Part shown: in pieces, positions 24,901-36,000 of the stretch
Layout of the letters: each line of letters opens with the position of its first letter
Position numbering within the stretch: position 1 is the stretch's first letter
Assembly (NCBI RefSeq): GCF_003918875.1
Contig: NW_025766336.1
Span: 992,001 to 1,056,000, forward strand
Source: Haliotis rubra
Taxonomy: Eukaryota
Reading direction: 5' to 3'
DNA length: 64,000 nucleotides
Translations under genes and position numbers: made by a program
The notes under the pieces: generated by a model
What the model was told of the DNA's origin: nothing
Databases searched by the model: none
The model's input: only the letters and a program-made list of their open reading frames with translations

Positions 24901-27900
24901 ATGATAAAGAAAGCTATACATAAGCTTGAGCGCTGACAATATACACTGTCCTTGCCTCACTTTATCAGTGACAGTGTCAGGTACTTGGTGAATTTCTTTG
25001 AGTGGGATTTTAGAAGTTGGGTCGTGCAATTTTGAACAATGTTTATGGATAACAACTTCTTTTATTCCGTTAGTGTGATGTTTCGATACAGATGCTTGTA
25101 CCGTTGTCTAGCAGGAATGAATGTATCAAAACGTCGCACTCACAAAATGAAAGAAGTTGTTATCCATAAGGTTTGTTCAGCATGGTGAGTTGTTTGCAGA
25201 CTTGTTGACAACCAGATACTGAAGATCCTGAGACAGAGGAAGATAGAGTGTTTGGCTTGGGAGGGCCCTGATGCCTCCAGGAAGTGCAAGAAGGTGTCTG
25301 AGGACTATGAAACTTCAGCCACCAACTGGTTCATCAAATGTATGTACATGATAAGGCTGTTATGATTCACTCGCTTATTTGATGTATCAAACCATTACCA
25401 TTCATGAATATACAATATGTTTTTCGTGGTCACCAGAACCAAATATTAACAAATATTTACGCTTTTTTAAAGGGGTCGTGTTTTACTTGAACCCTTATGA
25501 TCTTTTTAATTGTGAGTTATGCCAGAATGGAATATGTTATGGTTTGCGAAGGCCGCACACAGTACTGTCAACCAAAGCATTGCTATAGTCTGTTTGCAGT
25601 GTAAACGTACCAATGAATTTCACTTTTTACAAAAAAGTAAATCAAATAAAGTGAAATTAAGTGTGCGAATTCTCATAATTTTATCTTGCCAATTGAACAT
25701 TTAAATCTCAGAATTTTGTTCAACTTAGGATAAAAGTTAATTAACAAACGATCATAGCTTCAAATTGCTATTATTGGTTTGTATTACCAGGGGGTATGCA
25801 CATTAAATGAAACACCGAGAACAAGTAGGGTTGGTCTAAGTTAGCGCTCATCACGTACCGCAGGTGCATTTGTTTCACTGTTCCAACTACTCAGCTTACC
25901 CCAATGTAATACAAACCAAAAATAGAGATTTGAATCTATGATTGTTTGTTTAAATTGCCTGAATGCATGACTGAATGAACAAGACAAGTTGCCTCAATGT
26001 CTTTGGAGGGTACTCGCTTCCATCTACTTTGCGAACTTTCAACACAAACCTACACAAACAGTAGTTCAGTACATGGTCATTGAACTCTTCCAATTTATGG
26101 TTAATGATGCTAAATCTCTGTCCAGGTTTATTTCCTTGTATGATATTTCGGTTTCTGCTCACTCTCCAAGTTTCAAATAAGCTACACGCCCAACATAACG
26201 AGCTCTTCGTTTGTTCTGGAAATTTACTTTTGACAAATTTGCTATTTCGTCGTCCATCTTCGGAGTAGTAAATCGTTCCCTTGCTACAGAATTGTTTGAC
26301 GTGCTTGAAGAAACAATGATATAGTCAGTTGTATCAATTTTATCGAATCTGAAGACACTCATCACTAATATCACTGTAATCTGTCAACTGATTTACCTTT
26401 TTCGCAACTGTTCCATTGCATCATAGCTACTACTAACAGCGTATGAAATAAGCCAAAAACCCAGCCAAAGCTTGTAACTTCAAAATGTTACCAGCCCAAA
26501 AAGGATTTGACCATTGAGCTTGCAATACGATAGTTCAATGTTCAAACAGTAATTGTCAAGTCTAAATGTAACACTTTATTTGGAAAATAGATTTTAAGAT
26601 ATGTTGAATTTATTCAGATGTATGGAACATGTTATCTAAAGTTTTTACCAGACCATAGGGCTGGCTAGCTGTTTATTTAGACCGTCCATCAGAAATCTGG
26701 CCCATCTCGGGCGGTCAAAGGGGCCTTATTTCATACACTGCTACTAATCAGTTCATCGTCACTTGAATTAAATTCATTTTGAGTAGAGACACCGCTTGGG
26801 GATGAGGGCATTAGTTTATCCAACTCGGTATCTGACATGACTACACCGGGGCTATGGCAAGAAAACATAGGCACATCATGCTTTGTGTTTTTATGGTTCT
26901 CGTTAAGGGCCCAAATTGTTGGTCTGCAAGCCACTGAAGGCGTATATAATATGATATAGTCCGCATGATATGCACAAGCATTTCTTGCTGCTCATTTTTA
27001 TAGTTCTCATTTAAGGCTCTGTTAAATGTCCTATGAGCCCCCAAATGCCTCTATACATTATACACTTTCAGTTATCATAGGAATCAACAAAATAGTTCCA
27101 AACATTTTATTAAATGTATCCATAAATATATGATTCTAATGAAAGATTGATTCTATATTTGTATATGCCATGCTTTAGATAGGTTAAAGCACTCAGACTT
27201 TAGTATCTAATGGTTGAAATTGTCAGTTGGAGCATGATGAGTGAAGCCTGCTATGACAATAATTATGCCCATTTTGTCAACTGTCTTCCCTATGTGATTG
27301 AAACAAGAGGAAGGTCAGGGGACGATAACTCTGTTCATGAGTTTACTTCTGGTTTGCATCCTGGTTGAACTGTCTGTGGTGTGGATATTAAACCAAAGAA
27401 GCAAAGACTAAGTATTTATAAATTTAATATACAGCCATATATGGTCATCAAAATACTTCTAAGAATTAAGTACATACAGTTTGTCACACAAGAGTGTATT
27501 GACATGGTAAATATATAGTGTTAGGAAAACTATTGTATTTGGCTAGCTAAATATTCCTAATACTGGATATTTACCATCTCAAAGCACACAAACATATACT
27601 TGTTTTTTTTGAAACACCCATTCCCTTCTCTCATGAACAACGCCTACACATGGCAACATGTCCTGGAATATGTGCATTAATGTATATTTAGTTAGAAAGT
27701 CAGTGATTAGGTGGTCGGACAGAGACAACGGGTAACACTGTTCCAACTTAAGACTGTTTTATCATACAGTGTCATAACTACGTACAACCCGTGAAATTCC
27801 GGGTTAGAATTCATCTTCAGTAACCCATGCTGGTTATAAGAGGCGACTAACAGGATCGGGTGATCAGGCTCGCTGACTTGGTTGAAACATATCCCAATTG

Positions 27901-28800
27901 CGTTGATTGATGCTCATGCTCTTGATCACTGGATTGTCTGGTCCAGACTCAATTATTTACAGACCGCCACGGCGTAAAACAAATCTCACTCACTCATAAC
28001 TACATTCAGGCAAAATGATGTTTGTCTTCTTGCCTTTTGTGTCAATCCATCAACCCTGTAGAGCAATATTCCTTTAATACCTGATACTACAGTACATGTT
28101 TATCTGCCTGGCCTGCCATAAGGTTGTTCAAATGCACTCAGATGTTCCTCAAAGTGATATCATGAAACAAGGTTACCTTTCAAATACAACTGTTTTAACA
28201 GGAACATGATTCCAAGCTGCAGAAACACTGATGAGAGTAGTCAGACTACCTTCCTCAATAAACTGTTTCACATTTGAAGTCTCCATATTTAACAAATTTT
28301 AGAAAATTGTAAATACAAGAAATAGCCTTCTTGACCTTTCATATTTGCATTTTTATCCATATATGATGCAACAGATACCTTATTAACGTGATTTTTCTGT
28401 TGTCTTCATTCTGTCTAGAATCTAGAGTTGTCGGATAATCGGCACATTTTCGGATGATCTGTATTCTAAATTGTGATTTCCATATATCCCCTACAAACAT
28501 GACAGATGATATTCATAAGGCCAAGTATGTACTATGAGCATGTACAGCACAATTTTGCTTTAGATGGCAGAACGAAATGTTTTATCCCATCTTCTGGTCC
28601 CATCTCCTGGTTTCTGATGGTTGGCATACTGTCTTGTGGCAGCATCAGTTGGCTGTCCTAATTCAGGATGTCTTCACTATCACAAACGTTTGTTTCCAGA
28701 TGGGGATATTGGTGCCAGCGCAACAGGAATTGATACTTACATGAAACAGAAGCATCGACTGATCTGGGAGAGACGGAAGGCAGAGAGAGAAGAAGCATAA
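18912..28800 (+). CDS. NDUFB10: NADH dehydrogenase (ubiquinone) 1 beta subcomplex subunit 10 (PDSW), 155 aa, 4 exons
   Basis: Exons 18912-18996, 23681-23822, 25200-25339, 28700-28800; GT-AG, phases 1/2/1. Motifs [55 protein letters not shown]..EC...EG, WFIKYGDIG, YMKQKHRLIWERR. Confidence 0.96.
19462..19580. mobile_element. Palindromic MITE (fold-back)
   Basis: GGGTGCCGTTGTACAAAACAACCTTAGCGCTAAGG ... CCTTAGCTCTAAGATCGTTTTGTACAACGGCACCC inverted arms. Confidence 0.75.
20255..20418 (+). mobile_element. tRNA-derived SINE family A
   Basis: A box TAGCCTAGTGG, B box GGTTCGAATCC, microsatellite tail, 14-bp TSD TCTTAAACCCCTAA at 20241-20254 and 20419-20432. Confidence 0.92.
20433..21605 (-). mobile_element. 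Degenerate Crypton-like element (DUF3504-type tyrosine recombinase, N-terminal part)
   Basis: Fragments DDELMLASQQIE..KRFGKP; QRAVRVFDSWQRER..LNRTLSLFFKTLRNQ; LMQRFLRQSG; 107-bp palindrome at 21499-21605. Confidence 0.6.
20549..20789 (+). mobile_element. SINE family B copy inserted in a Crypton relic
   Basis: CCCGTGAAGGTCCGGG..AAGAGGCAACTAAC..GCTGGAATATTGCTGAGTGCGGCG..(ACTC)n; 12-bp TSD TTTGGTTCCTTA. Confidence 0.9.
22624..22790 (-). mobile_element. tRNA-derived SINE family A
   Basis: Reverse complement of the family A unit; 13-bp TSD TTTGCAATAATGA. Confidence 0.92.
23355..23520 (-). mobile_element. Degenerate SINE family B copy
   Basis: CAGCAATTTTCCAGC..CCAGACAACCCAGTGA..CAAGTCAGCGAGCC matches the reverse complement of family B. 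Confidence 0.65.
24162..24336. mobile_element. MITE with 15-bp perfect TIRs (hAT-like CAGGG ends)
   Basis: CAGGGCTCCAGATAA ... TTATCTGGAGCCCTG. Confidence 0.75.
25043..25169. repeat. Palindromic Penelope-like/hammerhead-derived repeat
   Basis: TTATGGATAACAACTTCTTT ... AAAGAAGTTGTTATCCATAA arms; inner GTTTCGATACA / TGTATCAAAACGTC; related copies at 57415 and 57845. Confidence 0.65.
25741..25952. mobile_element. MITE-like inverted repeat with ~45-bp arms and TTAA-like flanks
   Basis: AACAAACGATCATAGCTTCAAATTGCTATTATTGGTTTGTATTAC versus GTAATACAAACCAAAAATAGAGATTTGAATCTATGATTGTTTGTT. Confidence 0.7.
25950..26400 (-). mobile_element. Crypton-like (DUF3504/ZMYM-QRICH1-type recombinase) relic
   Basis: LNYCLCRFVLKVRKVDGSEYPPKTLRQLVLFIQ is the characteristic N-terminal motif of DUF3504 Crypton proteins; frameshifted and truncated. 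Confidence 0.75.
27787..27995 (+). mobile_element. SINE family B copy
   Basis: Family B unit; TSD-like TCATAACTAC on both sides. Confidence 0.85.
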
Positions 28801-29082
28801 TCAAGTGACTAGGGTTTAGACAATATGATAATGGTATTTCTAGATGCTGATCTCTGTCAGTAGTTACTACATCCTCTCTGTCATCAGCAATCATGTCGTA
28901 TACAGACTTGCTATACCCCAGAATATGAACGTGTTTGGAAGATGAATGGTGTTAGTTGTTTTTCTTATGTACAGATGAAATTTCCTTGAACACAAGTGCT
29001 TGAAATTAAACTTTTGAAATGAAACACATTCTGTGTTATGATTAACAGGATAGGTCACCAAGGATCTCAAATTGTCCAAATT

Positions 29083-29279
29083 CAGGGGCGGATACAGCTT
29101 TCCGGGAAAGGGAGGGTGCACAGTTCGGTTTCACCTCTTTTGAGGAGAGTTTCAATGGTCACTTAATAACTTTTCAGGACAAAGGGGGGAAGTTGCACCC
29201 CTGCACGTTCACACGCACGCACGCAACGCACGCACACACGCACACACACACACACACACACACACTGGATCCGCCTATG
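29083..29279. mobile_element. MITE (CAGGGGCGGAT TIR family) containing (CA)n
   Basis: CAGGGGCGGATACAG ... CTGGATCCGCCTATG; AAATT on both flanks. Confidence 0.7.
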
Positions 29280-30388
29280 AAATTTAATCTTATCAGCTGA
29301 GGTACTATTGCCAACAAGACCTTATCCACAGAATAAAATTTGACAATAAGCTTACTGTGATATCCCTCTATTCAGCAAGTAGTGAATTTATGCTTTGTTT
29401 CTGGTTTTTTCTGATGACTGTTTCTGTGGCTATGACAGCATTGCAATTGATAAATACACCCTGTATTTGAATGAAATTAACAGCTTTATATTTTGTATCC
29501 TTATCTGCACTCTAAATATCCCGGTTGAAGAATTCACAGATATGAGGTGTAAAACACACACTGGTACTCAAGCATATTTACTACTCTCCAGGTATAGGAG
29601 AGGAAGTTAATGAATCTAATGAAATTCTTTGGTGAGTTGACACACACATCCAGCCATTCATCCACCCACAAGTTAGAGTCAATAGCCAGTCAAATTTGTC
29701 CAAAGATCGTTATGGCTAACTCTTGGTAATTGTTTTAGGCCAGTTGGAAAAAGTCTGGCTCTACTCAAAACAACTATTGAAGGGTAACCCATGGCAACTC
29801 GTGAATGGTGAACTAAAAGCCTCCTATATGAATGTAGAACTTATTCATAAGCAGAGCTCCATTTGTTACAGACCACTTTAATGTGTGTGTTTGTGTGACT
29901 CTTAATGTAGACAATATTTGCATTATGGTATTTATTGAAAGAGCAAGTAGACACTGACCCAAGTTTCACGAATTTTAGCATTGTGGTGATAGTCACAAAG
30001 TCGTATATACGTCAAAGTGTGATTGGGAGGCTGTTTCAAAGGTGGAGATAAGAGATGAACACTTAAACACTAACAATGTCCTCATTGAATTAGTCACGCC
30101 ATTAGGAAAAAAACAGACTGCGCCTGGAGTGGACTTAGTAGTGTGGTGATGAATTAGCATAAGGGCAAGGTGAGGAAGTAGGGGAGGTAACCAACGTCCT
30201 TTTACAGCAGCGTAGGTAGGTGGGTGAGTGAGTGAAGTTTTAGTCCGCTTTTACAATATTCCAGCAAAATCACGGCGGGGTCGTGGGTATATATATGATG
30301 CTAAAACTAGATACGGAACCGTGAAACACCTAATTTACGTATCTCTCGTTTTAAATGATTCGATTTTCGTTGTGTTCATTATCATTTA

Positions 30389-30632
30389 ACCCGTGAAGGT
30401 CCGGGTTTGAATATTGGCCTTCAGTAACCCATGCTTGTCGTAAGAGGCGACTAACGGGATCGGGTGGTCAGGCTCGCTGACTTGGTTGACACATGTCATC
30501 GGTTCCCAATTGCGCAGATCGATGTTCATGCTGTTGATCACTGGATTGTCTGGTTCAGACTCGATTATTTACAGACCGCTGCCATTTAGCTGGAATGGTG
30601 ATGAGTGCGGCGCAAAACTCATCTCACACTCA
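30389..30632 (+). mobile_element. SINE family B copy
   Basis: Near-consensus family B unit. Confidence 0.88.
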
Positions 30633-30659
30633 TTATTGCCGTCTGATTAGCTGAATTAG

Positions 30660-30744
30660 CAGGGGCGGATCCAGAGGGTCGACCCAAAAAAATTATCCCT
30701 GATGAGCATTTCCCCAACCCCCCCAAATCCTGGATCCGCCCCTG
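30660..30744. mobile_element. 85-bp MITE (CAGGGGCGGATCCAG TIRs)
   Basis: Perfect 15-bp TIRs; ATTAG duplicated on both flanks. Confidence 0.75.
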
Positions 30745-31018
30745 ATTAGTCACCTCTTGTTGCATTCATTTCTCAATGGACGTTAGCAAAAAGAATTAGC
30801 CTTGCCGACAGGAACGGAATATATTTCACCACTACGTACGATATTTCAGGGAATCATCAAGCGGTAAAACCACGCTTCAAGGCCAAAGGCAGAAAAAATG
30901 AAATAGAACACGAGTATGTCAACTCGCACAGGTTTATTTCGTTCACATTTCCACAAATTTCTCGTCTTTATCTTTCATTTAACTAGCATTTTGAACTGTC
31001 GTCCTCTTCTAAAAAGCT

Positions 31019-31248
31019 GGGGCGGTGGGGTATCCCCACCAATTAGTGGTGAAAACATTATTTTCCCTACTGCCTAGCGTTGGCTAAAGCCTAAATAAAG
31101 CACGCCGAAGTCCCCTAGGGTCCTCGAATCCCCAAATTATATATATTCATGGGTACAATGTGTGAAGCCCATTTCTGGTGTCCCTCGCCGTGACGTTGCT
31201 GGAATATTGCTAAAAGCGGCGTAAAACCAAACTCAGTCAGTCAGTCAG
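31019..31248 (+). mobile_element. SINE family A copy with internal insertions
   Basis: Family A body and tail; 11-bp TSD TCTAAAAAGCT. Confidence 0.85.
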
Positions 31249-31949
31249 TCTAAAAAGCTAATGTTAGAATGTGGCTGTTTCTGTCTGTCGTCAATATCTG
31301 ACTACTGACTACTGTAGTTGTGAAACCATACTCACTTGAGTGTGAATGAGGCTGTATGATTTTACTTGGGTCAAAATGATAGACCAGAATTACTATTTGC
31401 ATCAAGATGTTCGGTTCCAGAACATGTTCAGCTTCTCTTGTGAACAGCTTGCTCATAAGTGTGTCATTTAAGATGGTATGTACTGACCCCCAAAGTGTCG
31501 GATTACAATGAATTCTAACACGCTGGTCATCAATATTCTTACTGTGGACCGTTGCCGCTTCGCTTTCCTTTTCATATTTTATACAGTAATGGGACAAGAG
31601 CTTAATAAACTCAAACAAAGAACAAAATTGCGACGTTATCGGAACTCGTCCTCTGTGAACGTCATCTTAGGCTGAAACGGAGTCGTGAGTCATTTCCTGG
31701 ACGTCCAGAACATGGTGGGTCCTTGATGTTGCCAGTCAGTTGGTAACGACTCCGAAATAAATGCATGGTGTTACGATTAACAATAACATGTTGTGCAATT
31801 CTGTATTCAAGCATTTCTATCGCTCACAGCCACCCTTTTTCAGCGCTTTCAAGGTTTGGGCGTCAACAAGATGCTTTTCACAGTTAAAATTCTTCATCGA
31901 CTTATTTTATGATTGAATTGTGAATGCGGGAAGAGTTTCTTACTCATTA

Positions 31950-32111
31950 GGCGGTGGGGTAGCCTAATGGATAAAGCGTCCGCTCGTCACACTGAAGGCC
32001 CGGGCTCGATTCTCCACATGGGTACGATGTGTGAAGCCCATTTCTGGGGTCCCCCGCCGTGATATTGCTGGAATATTGCTAAAAGCGGCATAAAACCTCA
32101 CTCACTCACTC
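31950..32111 (+). mobile_element. SINE family A copy
   Basis: Full unit with (ACTC)n tail. Confidence 0.88.
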
Positions 32112-33028
32112 TACATGTGATAACCGGAAGGCACATGCAGTTACAGGAATATGTGTCATCATGAGTTGCACTCGGCAATATTCCATCTATATGGCGGCTG
32201 TAATCATTACAACGCATGTGTGACCATGCATAATTCTTAAAAAGTCAGGGCAAGTTTCTATCGATGTCATTGTTTATTGTGCACTTGCTTTTACGCTAAA
32301 ACGTTTCATTTTACATTTATAATTTGTTAGTGCGCATATATTGAACGTGAAATACTTAGTTACATTATGTTGAAAACAACACTTTTTTTAATGTGTACAC
32401 ATTTCGTGAAAGTCTCCGCTAACGTTACTAAAAGTATCCTTTTCATGTCTTTCCTATGTCACAGCACTTAATTCATAATTTGTGCATTGTATAAGTTCAT
32501 GTCCAAGTATAGTACCAAGCTGAGCAAACGTTCCGCTATATACAGGAAGAAGAATGGGGGTTTATCCGTGTTGGATCGGCTCCTTCATGCAGCACAAACA
32601 ACTTTCCTCATATTCGTTCAATCTCAGTGAGCCTGCGCAAAGTCAGATTTTTATAGCTTGGCCTTATCTGCTCTCTCAATCCGCTCTTGAGCAGTATGGT
32701 GTTTTTGAACTCCAGATGGTGTAAATCAAAGGTGACGTCAGTCGTACACAAGTGACAGACCATAAACCAGGACCGCATCAAAGCTTGGATTCGATCGGTG
32801 ATTCTTTTCACGACTACAATACACACCTGTTGAAAACTTACATTAGCTGTACTTCATAGTATATATCTTAAACATGTTGTTTGTTCATTTTCTTTCTAAC
32901 CATGGTAATATGTGTATAATCTATTAATGTATTCTGAACTCGGAGTTAGAATCATTACAATGTCAGTCAAACACTTGAAAAATCTCCCTTGCATTCTCTT
33001 ATTATTTCGTCAGTCTAAGACAACTCCT

Positions 33029-36000
33029 CTAGGATTTTCGGTGTTGCGTCGGCTCTGACACATCTCTTATGCATGCGTAGAGTCTGTCTTCCCTTCTTGC
33101 GGGTACACGTGGCAAGAACAGTATGTCTTCTTCCTTGATCATCGATATACGTGCTGATTCTCGGGATGTCTGCAAAATATTACAAAATATATTATATTTG
33201 TACCAATGTATTGTAAAGAAAACGCATACATACATTTAATATTTTTGCTAATTTCCTAAAGGAATCGACTTGAGATCCTGTTTAATATTTTTGAACATTT
33301 CCTTTGTTACTCACTATACAATATGGAGCTGAATATTCAGAATGCCGATACTGCCGTATTGTGAATTGTAAACACTATACCTCATTGTTGAGTGTTCTGC
33401 TGCGATTCCTCAGCTTGACGGTCGGAGGCACCGCTGTCCAAATATATAGAAAATGAAATCACACTCGTTAATGACTTGACCAGAAAGTCATTACATAAAT
33501 CATAGAAAGTGCATATGATATTTAAGGCATTGATTACACTAGGCATGAATTAGTGGCATAGAATGAAGATACTCACGATTGCTGTTGTCGTCCCTCACAC
33601 CAATTCTTGTGCGAAATTCTGTGCCCACCTGTCACAACATAAATGATGATAATAATATGTGTATTTATAATGAATCCCACACATAAAGCATGCTTAAAGC
33701 GCTACATGGAGTGAAATAAAAGTAAATATATGCAAAGTTTATGCTATAACGAGGGAAACATATCAGGAATGTTAGTTAAAGGTTGTAATATCTCCCGAAA
33801 AGATGGGTTTTCAGTGAACATTTAAATGAGTCAATAGAGGGAGACATTATGTGTTCAGTGCGGAGTTGATTCCACAGCTGTGATGTATTTGTGTCCATAC
33901 TAATATAGTATGACCAGAAATTATTGAGAATTTTAGGAATATGTTTTATTGGATTTTTAGTATAAACAACCTTGACCAGCTATCAAGTGCTTGGTTTCAT
34001 TCAACTCCGTTAATCCTTTTTCATTAGTTTGTGAAGAGTTATCCCCCTTTGTTTACTTGCTACCAGACGACATTTTCAATGATCCTCAGTATGGATGATT
34101 TAGAGAAGAGGAAGTTGATTTTAGAGTATTATAACAAGGACATCAGATCAGCTAAAGTGATTTCAAGTAGAACAGGCATTCCTTTGTCCACTGTTTATCG
34201 TGTTTTGAAAAATATTGCAAATGGATATTGCATTGAGCACCAGGGAAGCGCAGGTAGGCCCAGAAATTTGACTGTCGGTGACAGGAGGCGGCTTGGTATT
34301 CTTGTTTCTAAAAACAAACGAAGGAGTTTAGAAAACTAAAGGCTGGATATGATTGTATCAGCGCCCAAAGTACAGTCCGAAATTTAACGTGTGGGGTGGC
34401 ATATCTGTTTTAGGGGCAACGCCCCTCTGTGTACTTGAAGGGAATATGAACAGTGCGCGGTACACAGATATTCTCGAGGGCCATTTACTTCCATCTGCTC
34501 ACGTGTTCTATGGAATTCTGTCTAGAACGACCTAAAACATCGTTCAAAGCATTCACAGGCCTGGTTTCGGACCAAGAATATGACATTATTAGATTGGCCA
34601 AGCTATATCCCTGACCTAAATCCAATAGAAAATGTTTGGGGACTTATGAAGGAAAGTGTCTATAAGAAAAATCTGATAAATATTGCTGAAATGAAAGAAG
34701 AGGTGGTCCGATATTGGGACAGCATGGACCACGACTTTCTAACTTCTTTGATCAGTAGTATGCACCGCCGCATTGAAGCCTGCATTGCTGCCCATGGTGA
34801 CTTGACAAAATACTAACTGTTCACCTGTCTTTGAAACTGGAGTTATGTTCTGCTATTATTCACATTTAATACGTGAGTAATGAGTGAAAAAATAAAAAAA
34901 TTACAATCTTTAAATTCTCAGTAATTTCTGGTTGTACTGTATATCGTACGCAAAGTTCCATGCTTTACAAAGAGAACTCTATTCTATGAAGTGGATGTTT
35001 TCAATGCCAGGTGGTTGGTTACGTTATCCGGTAGTACTGGCAGTGGTCCAGGGAATGTAGAGTCGCTATACCCGTCACTGTACACGCATTGTTGTACACA
35101 CATGTCCACGAGTGATCAGCATTGAGGCGGGAAGATTCTTTCAGATACTTACACAACATATATGCATTGTCCGTTGTCAAGGAATGTACTGAAGGCGGTT
35201 TAGATATGAATCAAAATACATACCATATCCATGGCCATGTAGGTATTGGCGGCTGGAGATGACATTGATCTCTGGACTGAAATCAAGCGTAAAGCTGATA
35301 TGAAAAGGCACATGACTAAATGTTTCATAAATAGAAACCGACTTCAATACTACATCTAGATACAATTGGATCCACAGGCACGCGCAACGGTTACCTCACA
35401 AACAGGCATTATAAGATATCTATCCTTTATATTAATGTAACTGTAAGAGAAGGAACATCCAAATTGTATAAGTTGTTACAATTGTATACAATCGGGTATG
35501 GTGGACATCTATTGTCACAATACCATTAAAGCAATACCTGACTTTACATGGTGTCTATGACATTTCTCAAGAGTGTCAGTTATCAAAATATTTCATACCG
35601 CTGTCAGGAGCTTTTGAAGCACTGATATCTTGATAGACCTTCTTCCCCTTCACTTCTGCAACGTCATCATCGAATATTGTTATGGAAATACAATAATGTG
35701 TATGTAGCTACATGACGTGCAGGTAAGAGGAGAATAAGATGGACACAATGTTCCACTTAACTATTGTTTCATCGATAAGACTTTCATAGACTGTATATAA
35801 TAATATGATAACAATTTCTCTCACCCTTTAATAATAATATGACAACCTTTCTCTCACCTTTTAAAAAATAATATGATAACCTTTTACTCACCTTTTAATA
35901 ATACGATAACTTTTCACTTACTTTTAAATAGTATCAATATGAAAACCTTTCACTCGCCTTTAATAGATATTTATACATTTTGATTGAAGGAAGCAAATAT

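Noticed and set aside
28564-28660. Alternative NDUFB10 last exon (AG|ATGGCAGA)
   Set aside because: Phase-compatible but lacks the YGD.G..MKQKHR motif present at 28700-28800.
31620-31790. Tc1 relic (TGNIKDPPCSGRP on the minus strand)
   Set aside because: A single short motif without TIRs is too little to call.
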